Shown here: piece after piece, positions 56,804 to 64,000 of the stretch | How positions within the stretch are numbered: the stretch's first letter is position 1 | How the letters are laid out: each line of letters opens with the position of its first letter | IMG/VR virus record: IMGVR_UViG_3300024324_000416 | Coordinates: 14,440-78,439 of that record | DNA length: 64,000 bases | Strand: one strand, 5' to 3' | Source: a virus | Notes under the pieces: model-generated | What the model saw: the letters and a program-made list of their open reading frames with translations, nothing else | Database searches by the model: none | What the model was told of the DNA's origin: nothing | Made by a program: the position numbers and the translations under genes

Positions 56804-57657
56804 TAGACAAAATTCTTTATGGTGATGCTAGAGAAACACTTAAGAAGTTTGCCTCTTCTGATGCCAAGGCCCAGATGTGTATTACCTCACCACCCTATTA
56901 TGGCCTACGAGATTATGGAAATGAAGATAGTCAAATAGGTTTGGAAGAATCACCAGAGGAGTTTATTGCAGAGTTGGTCAAGGTGTTTGCAGAGGTTCGC
57001 AATTGCCTAGCAGACGACGGCACTTTGTGGGTGAACATTGGTGACAGTTACTATAACTATCGTGGTGGCAAGGGTCAAGCACTACCCAAGCAAAGTGTGG
57101 CATCTGGTATGCAGGATCTTCCGCAAGTAAAAAACCCACGACGAGGAAACAAACTTGAGGGATACAAGGAGAAAGATCTTATCGGTATACCTTGGATGCT
57201 TGCCTTTGCCCTGCGTGCTGACGGATGGTACTTGCGACAAGATATCATTTGGTCAAAGCCTAACCCGATGCCAGAGAGTGTCAAAGATAGAACTACAAAG
57301 TCTCACGAATACCTTTTCTTGCTGTCAAAGAATCAAAACTATTACTTTGATGTGGAGGCTATCAAAGAACCAACGGTAGAAGGAACACAAATGAAACGAA
57401 AGAAGAGTGTCTGGAATGTACAGACCAAACCGTATAAGGGTGCTCATTGTGCGGTGTTTCCTTCCGAACTTATTACCCCTGCCATTCTTGCAGGAAGCAA
57501 AACAAATGATATTGTTTTAGATCCTTTTATGGGTAGTGGAACTACAGCATCAGTAGCAAAAGAATTGAATAGAAATTATTGGGGCTGTGAGTTGCACAAA
57601 AATTACAAAGATTTGATCGATAAAAGACTTGACAAAACAGCACGACATGCGGTATAA
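56800..57657 (+). CDS. N4-cytosine/N6-adenine DNA methyltransferase (beta class)
   Basis: TSPPY before DPFMGSGTT; IIWSKPNPMPES; H.AVFP. Confidence 0.92.
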   Translation: MIDKILYGDARETLKKFASSDAKAQMCITSPPYYGLRDYGNEDSQIGLEESPEEFIAELVKVFAEVRNCLADDGTLWVNIGDSYYNYRGGKGQALPKQSVASGMQDLPQVKNPRRGNKLEGYKEKDLIGIPWMLAFALRADGWYLRQDIIWSKPNPMPESVKDRTTKSHEYLFLLSKNQNYYFDVEAIKEPTVEGTQMKRKKSVWNVQTKPYKGAHCAVFPSELITPAILAGSKTNDIVLDPFMGSGTTASVAKELNRNYWGCELHKNYKDLIDKRLDKTARHAV

Positions 57658-57658
57658 T
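57629..57658 (+). promoter_or_regulatory. Promoter for the glycosylase-halogenase operon, embedded in the MTase 3' end
   Basis: TTGACA-N18-TATAAT. Confidence 0.75.
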
Positions 57659-57687
57659 AGACACAACTACTATAGATAGGATTTGAC

Positions 57688-58203
57688 ATGCAGGTCTTTG
57701 TCCCCTTTCAGGACACCACCCTCATCGCAAAGTCGCTAGACAACAAGCGACTCAACAAGCAACTGCTAGAGGGTAGGCAACTACTCAACATCAATGCATC
57801 AGGACGCACTAAGGGAGCCTGGGTTAATCATCCTGCCGCTAAGATGGTGCGTGGCTACGAGGGTTGGTTCTTTGACTACCTAAATGAAATTAAGAAGGAA
57901 TGCACCAAGCGTAAGATCGAAACCACTAACAATTGGAATGCTATCAAGGACATTCGCAAGAATGCTAATGAGTGGAGCGACGGCTTTGAGCCTATGTGGT
58001 GGGGCGATACCCGTGTCCATGACTCGCACAAGGCTAACCTGTACCGCAAAGATCCCATTCACTACTTTGACTTTCGTGATGTTAAGAACAGCCCTTGCTG
58101 TGCTCGTTGCCTGTACTACTGGCCTGTTGATAGTCATGCTCAGGAATACAACGAGAAGTTCTACCTACAGAAGTTAAACATGAATACTAAGGTGGCATCT
58201 TGA
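57688..58203 (+). CDS. Pyrimidine-dimer DNA glycosylase (DenV/endonuclease V-like)
   Basis: MQVFVP...LDNKRLNKQLLE..Q...GAWVNHPA...SHKANL.RKDP.HY. Confidence 0.8.
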   Translation: MQVFVPFQDTTLIAKSLDNKRLNKQLLEGRQLLNINASGRTKGAWVNHPAAKMVRGYEGWFFDYLNEIKKECTKRKIETTNNWNAIKDIRKNANEWSDGFEPMWWGDTRVHDSHKANLYRKDPIHYFDFRDVKNSPCCARCLYYWPVDSHAQEYNEKFYLQKLNMNTKVAS

Positions 58204-59723
58204 AAGTAGATAGGATTGCTATTGTTGGGGGTGGTTCGGCAGGTTGGATGACTGCCGCTATCCTTAGCAAGTCATTTCCTGAGAAAGAAATAACACTAAT
58301 CGAATCTCCTGATATTCCTATCATTGGCGTGGGCGAGAGCACCACAGCGGGTATCCAAAGGTTTATGAAGTACCTTGATATCAAAGATGATGAGTTTATG
58401 CCCATGACTAATGCTACCTACAAAGCCAGCATTAAGTTTACTGACTTCAACACCAAGGAAAATTTCCACTACCCATTTGGCTATGCAGAGAAAACCACGG
58501 GCAATGAGTTATTTGATTGGGGTCTAGTCAAGCAACAGTTTGATCTACCTGTTACTGACTATGTTGATACGCACTTCCCCATGTCTGCTTTGTTTAATCA
58601 AAATAAGATGAACATGAACTTCTTGGGTGTGGAGAGGTTCCCTTGGATGGCCTATCACTTTGATGCCATTAAGTTTGGGTTGTACTTGAGAGACTACAAG
58701 TGTAAAGGTGTTGAGCACATACAGTCAGAGGTAGTGGGTATCGCACAGGATGAGAGTGGGATCGCATCACTAACCCTAGACAATGGGCAGGTAATAACTG
58801 CTGACCTATTTGTAGATTGCACAGGCTTCAAGAGTATGCTACTTGGTGAGACACTAGAAGAAGAATTTAAGTCTTATGCTGATGTGCTTCCCAACAACAA
58901 AGCGTGGGCGGTACAGATACCATACAAGGATAAGCGAAGTGAGATGAGGCCATACACTAACTGTACAGCGTTGGGTAATGGTTGGGCTTGGCACATCGGG
59001 GTATGGGATCGTCTTGGTAACGGGTATGTGTTCTCCGATAAGTATGTATCTGATGAGGATGCTCTAGAAGAGTTTAAACTATATCTTATGTCGGATAGAA
59101 TGTCTATCCCTAGGTCTAGGGAGGAGGTAGACTCCTACAACTATCGCTTGGTACCATTCAAGGTGGGGGTATACAATAGGACTTGGGTAAAGAATGTGGT
59201 GGGTATTGGACTATCCGCTGCATTCCTAGAGCCACTAGAAAGTAATGGCCTACAATTCGTCCATGAATCTTTATTCTATCTTATTGATACGCTAGATCGG
59301 GGTAACGTAAATAGAATAGATAAGGATATGTACAACGAAAGAACGTATCAATACTTTAATGGGTTTGCTAACTTCATCGCCTTGCACTATGCTGTATCAG
59401 ATAGGCGAGACACTAAGTATTGGCAAGACATACAGGAAAGAGAGTATGAATTTCATCCAGAGATAGCGACAGGATTGCTGGAAACCTACACCTTTTCAGA
59501 CATTGACGCTGGCCCTGTTTTCATTCTACTAGGAAACGGATACAATTTTGCGGGTACTGTAGCATCAAAGATACAGAAAGATTTTTATGATAACAAAGAT
59601 CATACTAGTTTGTATGGATCGCTACAGATGCGTAAGTTGCTTTGGGAGAATGAAGCAAAGAAATGTCTGCTACACTATGATTACCTAGAGAAAAATATAT
59701 ACGGATTGGATTATTATGCCTGA
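58200..59723 (+). CDS. Flavin-dependent halogenase, tryptophan-halogenase (PrnA/RebH) family
   Basis: GGGSAGW, IGVGES, NATYKASIKF (catalytic Lys), YHFDA, FVDCTGF, GWAWHI, FLEPLES. Confidence 0.88.
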   Translation: MKVDRIAIVGGGSAGWMTAAILSKSFPEKEITLIESPDIPIIGVGESTTAGIQRFMKYLDIKDDEFMPMTNATYKASIKFTDFNTKENFHYPFGYAEKTTGNELFDWGLVKQQFDLPVTDYVDTHFPMSALFNQNKMNMNFLGVERFPWMAYHFDAIKFGLYLRDYKCKGVEHIQSEVVGIAQDESGIASLTLDNGQVITADLFVDCTGFKSMLLGETLEEEFKSYADVLPNNKAWAVQIPYKDKRSEMRPYTNCTALGNGWAWHIGVWDRLGNGYVFSDKYVSDEDALEEFKLYLMSDRMSIPRSREEVDSYNYRLVPFKVGVYNRTWVKNVVGIGLSAAFLEPLESNGLQFVHESLFYLIDTLDRGNVNRIDKDMYNERTYQYFNGFANFIALHYAVSDRRDTKYWQDIQEREYEFHPEIATGLLETYTFSDIDAGPVFILLGNGYNFAGTVASKIQKDFYDNKDHTSLYGSLQMRKLLWENEAKKCLLHYDYLEKNIYGLDYYA

Positions 59724-60408
59724 GTTGACATACCATTGCATCAAGGATGGGCTTGTAGACGTAGAAGAGTTTAGACCTGTCAAACTTATTGACGAGATCC
59801 CTAAGTGGTTTAAGGATATGCCCATGGAGGCCATGAATGGGATTGTTCCTACAGCACGGAGATGCCCATCGTTTCTTGATCTATTTAAGTCTGCATATGT
59901 TATGAAGGCTTGGGAGGATATGGAGTTCTTCTTCTTTCCTCAGGAGAAACGATGGGAATATTCAGGGGCAACCTCTGAATTTAATATATCACAGGAACAC
60001 GACAACCCACAACTTCTAGATCACATACCTTACAAGGGTTACGAGCGTATCATCAAGCCAGCCTCGCCATGGATGCTAGAAACACCCAAGGGATACAGCG
60101 TATATCAGTTGGCATACCCGTTTGATTTCCAGCAGGACTTTGATGTGTGGCCTGGTATTACTCACACAGATTTCTATCACGAGACTAACGTGCAGTTGTT
60201 TGTTCGCAAGAAGGGTGATGAGCCATTTAGTTTTAAGATTAGGCGTGGGCAGCCACTTTGCTTGCACGTTCCCTTCCGCAGGGAAGAGGAGCCATGGACT
60301 GCTAAATTCACCAACGATGGTGAACGGTACATGAAAAAGTCTTTTATGATTTCTCTTACTAAATTTAAGAACGGCTATAGAAGCCTAACAAAAGGATGGA
60401 TAAAGTGA
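59716..60408 (+). CDS. dUTPase-fold protein, paralogue of 39675..40358
   Basis: PKWF, RRCPSF.D, TPKGYS, PGITHTD, IRRGQPL...VPFRRE. Confidence 0.6.
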   Translation: MPELTYHCIKDGLVDVEEFRPVKLIDEIPKWFKDMPMEAMNGIVPTARRCPSFLDLFKSAYVMKAWEDMEFFFFPQEKRWEYSGATSEFNISQEHDNPQLLDHIPYKGYERIIKPASPWMLETPKGYSVYQLAYPFDFQQDFDVWPGITHTDFYHETNVQLFVRKKGDEPFSFKIRRGQPLCLHVPFRREEEPWTAKFTNDGERYMKKSFMISLTKFKNGYRSLTKGWIK

Positions 60409-61097
60409 AGATAGATGTATTAGATCATGGATATGTAAGACTAGTAAATAGCATGGGCACAGAGGTAGACATTGCTAATGCTGCCCGTGTGTCTTACGAC
60501 AAAGAAGTGTATGATATTCAAGACAGCGACAAGAGACTGATTAACTTTCTTATCTCTCACCGCCACGACAGCACGCTACGACATAACGTAATGTCATTTG
60601 AGGTTTATGCCCCTCTTATGGTTGCTCGTCAATGGTGGAAGCACCATGTAGGTTCTACGCACGTTGAGGATCAGAATGGCTGGAACGAATCTTCTCGTCG
60701 TTATATCACAGAAGATCCTGTGTTTTACATCCCAGAGTTTGACGAGTGGCGAGAGAAGGCGGCAAGCAACAAGCAAGGAAGTGGTGGCCCTGTAAGCAAA
60801 GACACAGGTGTTATTGCAACCAAACTGTTGCAGGCACACGCACAGAAGAGCCTTGAGTTGTATGATGATGCTATGGCACGAGGCATCTCACCAGAGCAAG
60901 CACGGATGTTTTTGCCTGCTTACTCCATGTATGTGCGGTGGCGTTGGACTGCTTCCCTAAATGCTATTTTAAGTTTCTTGGATCTACGACAGGGAGAAAC
61001 GGCACAGAATGAAATCACAGAGTACGCCAACACAGTAGCAATCTTTGTAGAAGGACAATACCCCATCACAATGGAGGCATGGAATGCAAGTAGATAA
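60396..61097 (+). CDS. thyX: Flavin-dependent thymidylate synthase
   Basis: NAARVSY, H.S...H, APLMVARQW, NESSRRY, EQARMFLP, AQNEI. Confidence 0.88.
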   Translation: MDKVKIDVLDHGYVRLVNSMGTEVDIANAARVSYDKEVYDIQDSDKRLINFLISHRHDSTLRHNVMSFEVYAPLMVARQWWKHHVGSTHVEDQNGWNESSRRYITEDPVFYIPEFDEWREKAASNKQGSGGPVSKDTGVIATKLLQAHAQKSLELYDDAMARGISPEQARMFLPAYSMYVRWRWTASLNAILSFLDLRQGETAQNEITEYANTVAIFVEGQYPITMEAWNASR

Positions 61098-62580
61098 CAT
61101 AGTTATCGTCGGCGGCGGTAGTGCGGGATGGATGACGGCAGCAACGCTACGCAAGGCGTTCCCTAAGAAGAACATAGTCTTGGTAGAGTCTGCCAACATT
61201 CCAATTGTGGGTGTGGGTGAGAGTACGCTGGGGCAGATCAATAGGTGGATGCAGTTCATAGGCGTTGATGACGATCAGTTTATGCCTGAGACAAATGCCT
61301 CATACAAGATGAGTATCAAGTTCACAGACTTTGCAAAGGAAGGCGTTGCGTTCCACTACCCCTTCGGCACTAGCATGGGTGGATCTATTGACCCCTTTAG
61401 AGACTGGCATGAGGTCAGGTCGCACTACCCAGAGATGCCCGTAACAGACTATGTTGATACCTTTTGGCCTAACTCTGCGTTGTTCAATAGCAACAAATAC
61501 ACAGACAGTTTTAGTAATCTAAATCCAAATAATGATGTTGCGTATCATTTCGATGCTGCTGCCTTTGGCAAGTGGCTCAGGGAATACAAGTGCCCAGATG
61601 TTTTGCGGGTAGAGACAGATGTGGTGGGAGTAACAAAGCGTGAGGATGGTTCTGTAGTATGCCTGATTACACCAGAGGGAAACATCTACGGTGACTTATT
61701 TATTGATTGCACAGGGTTCAAGTCATTCCTACTAAGCAAGCAAATGGAAGAGCCTTTTGTTTCCTATGAAAATTTGCTACCAAACAACAGGGCATGGGCC
61801 TGTGCTTTGCCTTACGAGGATAAAGAAAAAGAACTAGAACCTTACACAAACTGCACCGCTATTGAAAATGGTTGGTGCTGGAACATCCCCTTGTGGTCAC
61901 GCTTAGGAACGGGGTATGTTTATTCAGATAAGTTTGTAAGTGATGAAGAAGCACTAGAGCAATTCCAACAATACCTAATGTCAGATAAGATGGTTGTGCC
62001 TCGCACATGGGATCAGATAAAAGATCTTGAATACAGGCCCATCTCTATGCGTGTTGGCATACATGAGCGACCCTTTGTTAAGAATGTCGTTGCGATAGGT
62101 CTCGCCATGGGATTCCTTGAGCCTTTGGAATCAAACGGTTTGCTAACAACACACGAAAGTTTGTTCTGGTTGATTGATGTTTTGAATAGAGGGACTGTTA
62201 CAGAGTTCGACAGATACCTATTTAATAACAAGGTTCGTCAGTTCTTTGATGAGTTTGCTAAGTTTTTGTTTATTCACTATGCAATGTCTGAAAGAAATGA
62301 CACAGAGTATTGGCGATCTGTTCAAGAAAGACCAGCAGAGTTTCCTGGTTTCGTACAAGCATTTATGGATAACTACACGTTGCCCGAAACAACGGGGGTA
62401 GGGTTCATTGCTACAGGCATGGACTACAGGTTTGTTAACCCTTGGAGACAAGAGACAGAAGAGGGCTGGGCAAAGGACAATAAAGATTGGTATGATGGAA
62501 TGAAGAGAAGGTGGAAGGAAGAGGCAGACAAAGCCCCAACCCTACACGACTGGTTAAAGGAGAACATTCATGTTAGATGA
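61084..62580 (+). CDS. Second flavin-dependent halogenase, tryptophan-halogenase family
   Basis: GGGSAGW, VGVGES, NASYKMSIKF, YHFDA, FIDCTGF, GWCWNIPL, FLEPLES. Confidence 0.88.
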   Translation: MQVDNIVIVGGGSAGWMTAATLRKAFPKKNIVLVESANIPIVGVGESTLGQINRWMQFIGVDDDQFMPETNASYKMSIKFTDFAKEGVAFHYPFGTSMGGSIDPFRDWHEVRSHYPEMPVTDYVDTFWPNSALFNSNKYTDSFSNLNPNNDVAYHFDAAAFGKWLREYKCPDVLRVETDVVGVTKREDGSVVCLITPEGNIYGDLFIDCTGFKSFLLSKQMEEPFVSYENLLPNNRAWACALPYEDKEKELEPYTNCTAIENGWCWNIPLWSRLGTGYVYSDKFVSDEEALEQFQQYLMSDKMVVPRTWDQIKDLEYRPISMRVGIHERPFVKNVVAIGLAMGFLEPLESNGLLTTHESLFWLIDVLNRGTVTEFDRYLFNNKVRQFFDEFAKFLFIHYAMSERNDTEYWRSVQERPAEFPGFVQAFMDNYTLPETTGVGFIATGMDYRFVNPWRQETEEGWAKDNKDWYDGMKRRWKEEADKAPTLHDWLKENIHVR

Positions 62581-62857
62581 TTTGAATGATGTTGAAGATC
62601 TAACCTCAGATATTGAGGTGTGCGTCATGCATATCCCTATGAGATGGAGCAAGCGTCTTCACCCACACTTCACCTGTTTGAATTGTCCAGAGGTGATCGC
62701 AAGACGGAATAAGAGGAAGCAAAACAGTTGTTGTAGCGGTAGAGACTCAACAAACTTCCACAGCAATAACAGAGCCCAATGGGAACAACACCTAAGAATA
62801 CATTTAGCAAGACGAGAAGAAGTTCCTAAAGAAGCATGGGAGTTGGAGTTAGAATGA
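62570..62857 (+). CDS. Hypothetical Zn-binding protein
   Basis: FTCLNC ... HLRIH. Confidence 0.55.
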   Translation: MLDDLNDVEDLTSDIEVCVMHIPMRWSKRLHPHFTCLNCPEVIARRNKRKQNSCCSGRDSTNFHSNNRAQWEQHLRIHLARREEVPKEAWELELE

Positions 62858-63066
62858 GCACGATGATTGAGTCAGGGGACTGGGACTTCAATGGGGACAT
62901 TGAGAAGTTCTGGCGTGAGAGGTTTGCCAATCAAATAGAGCAGACGCTTATGCATCAGATTCCTGATTTCGATACGGAAACTGAATGGTTCAATAAGGGT
63001 ATGAGACATGCCGCATGGGTTTTGCGGTATAGCAGAGATGATCTAGGATGGGAAAAATATGATTGA
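62854..63066 (+). CDS. Hypothetical protein
   Basis: ATGA overlap. Confidence 0.55.
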   Translation: MSTMIESGDWDFNGDIEKFWRERFANQIEQTLMHQIPDFDTETEWFNKGMRHAAWVLRYSRDDLGWEKYD

Positions 63067-63280
63067 GGCAACAGAGATCTTCCCCGTATACGCAGTAGAG
63101 TTGGGGGACGTACTTAAAACTAAATACGGTAATGTTATCGTAGAGGATATTGACGACGACACCGATGACACCAGCACCATTATCACAGGCCAGAGCGAAC
63201 TAGACATAGAGTGCAAGGTGATATACAAGAATGAAGGAAATGTAGAGTTAGTTTTTATGATGGAAGAAGAAGTAGAGTAA
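63059..63280 (+). CDS. Hypothetical acidic small beta protein
   Basis: Overlapping + strand ORF. Confidence 0.55.
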   Translation: MIEATEIFPVYAVELGDVLKTKYGNVIVEDIDDDTDDTSTIITGQSELDIECKVIYKNEGNVELVFMMEEEVE

Positions 63281-63289
63281 GGTATATAG

Positions 63290-63318
63290 TTGACAAAAGA
63301 AGGGCATTCAGGTATAAT
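63290..63318 (+). promoter_or_regulatory. Promoter, leaderless
   Basis: TTGACA-N17-TATAAT, ATG 6 nt downstream. Confidence 0.8.
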
Positions 63319-63324
63319 AGACAC

Positions 63325-63450
63325 ATGGCAAAGATTGAAGAGGGACTAGTGGGACATTGTAAACGCTGTGAGCAAGGCGAACACGGCATTGAAAGTAAGT
63401 ATCGTGCAGGACATTGTTCCTGCTGTGGAACTGAGGTGGAATATGCGTGA
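63325..63450 (+). CDS. 41-aa Cys-rich microprotein
   Basis: HCKRC...HCSCCG; leaderless; overlaps the next start. Confidence 0.65.
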   Translation: MAKIEEGLVGHCKRCEQGEHGIESKYRAGHCSCCGTEVEYA

Positions 63451-63922
63451 TGCAGTCATATTCGATATCGACGGAACTTTGGCTGATGTTAACGAGTTTC
63501 TTCATCATCTTGTTCACCGTCCTGATAGCCCTAGGGATTGGGAGGGGTTTCATAGAGCGGTTGGAAAGGCTAAAGTAAAGTTAGATGTTTTTTACATGCT
63601 TAAACTCTACAATGTTCGTAACATTACTGTTATTCTTTTAACTTCCCGCAATGAAGAGTGGCGTGCAGAAACCGCAAAGTGGCTCAAGAAGAAGCACATT
63701 CCTTATGATGTGTTGATGATGCGTAGTAAGGGTGATGATCGCTCTGCCCCAGAATTTAAGGAAGATAGGTTTAAGAAGATCATGCAGGAATTCAACATCG
63801 TACAGGTGTTTGATGACCACCCTGGTGTTTGCGGGGTAGCCGAAGAACTAGGCATCCCCGTAACAAAGGTTCCTGGATATGAAGAAGCAAGTCTAATGAT
63901 GGAAGAGTTGGTGAAGGCATAA
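63443..63922 (+). CDS. HAD-family phosphatase (polynucleotide 3'-phosphatase-like)
   Basis: FDIDGTL, TSR, LMMR, K, VFDD. Confidence 0.85.
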   Translation: MRDAVIFDIDGTLADVNEFLHHLVHRPDSPRDWEGFHRAVGKAKVKLDVFYMLKLYNVRNITVILLTSRNEEWRAETAKWLKKKHIPYDVLMMRSKGDDRSAPEFKEDRFKKIMQEFNIVQVFDDHPGVCGVAEELGIPVTKVPGYEEASLMMEELVKA

Positions 63923-64000
63923 TGTGGAAGTGGAAGTATCGGCTACAGACAGTAGGCATCATCGCTGTGTGGGCATCAATACTTATCGGCATTGTTTGGA
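63922..64000 (+). CDS. 3'-truncated membrane protein
   Basis: TAATG start; hydrophobic VGIIAVWASILIGIVW. Confidence 0.45.
   Translation, partial: MWKWKYRLQTVGIIAVWASILIGIVW

Noticed and set aside
3264-63443. Extended ORF-track starts (3264, 5023, 10682, 11070, 13861, 15334, 19410, 28519, 34771, 52426, 54497, 55571, 63368)
   Set aside because: They begin inside promoters, terminators, tRNAs or upstream genes; downstream ATGs with SD, leaderless spacing or stop overlap fit better
76-63992. Minus-strand ORFs in the track
   Set aside because: All are short shadows of long + strand genes, with no recognisable motifs
1-64000. Stop-codon reassignment
   Set aside because: Long genes are intact under the standard code; TAA, TAG and TGA all end genes; no suppressor tRNA seen
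1-64000. Prophage or host chromosome context
   Set aside because: No integrase, att site or host housekeeping block is visible; lifestyle cannot be determined from this window

Overview
The window is a 64-kb slice of a large tailed (siphovirus-type) dsDNA phage with essentially all genes on the + strand. The host is most likely an actinobacterium. This is inferred from WhiB, a DnaE-type polymerase, many leaderless genes, a secreted lysozyme-fold transglycosylase and U1:A72 tRNA-Gln/Asn; the moderate GC (roughly low-to-mid 40s % by eye) suggests an aquatic, low-GC lineage. Left half (1-35.3 kb): accessory tail/fibre genes including a clan GH-A glycoside hydrolase, a putative internal head protein, a class II ribonucleotide reductase, portal, protease/scaffold, major capsid, head-tail connectors, major tail protein, frameshifted tail chaperones, a 2495-aa tape measure and tail-tip genes. 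Right half: DnaB, primase, SSB, DnaE, MazG-like, RecA, resolvases, Cas4-like nuclease, both terminase subunits, WhiB, three tRNAs, a DNA methyltransferase and a DenV-like glycosylase. It also carries a tightly coupled cluster: flavin halogenase / dUTPase-fold protein / ThyX / second flavin halogenase. Other notable patterns are about 25 sigma-A-type promoters (TGTGGTATAAT without a -35 in the virion half, TTGACA-N17/18-TATAAT in the other half), many of them leaderless or written into the end of the upstream gene; an apparent absence of AGCT, CCGG and CGCG; a candidate sRNA; and many Cys/His microproteins missed by the ORF track. All functional calls come from motif recognition by eye; no searches were run.
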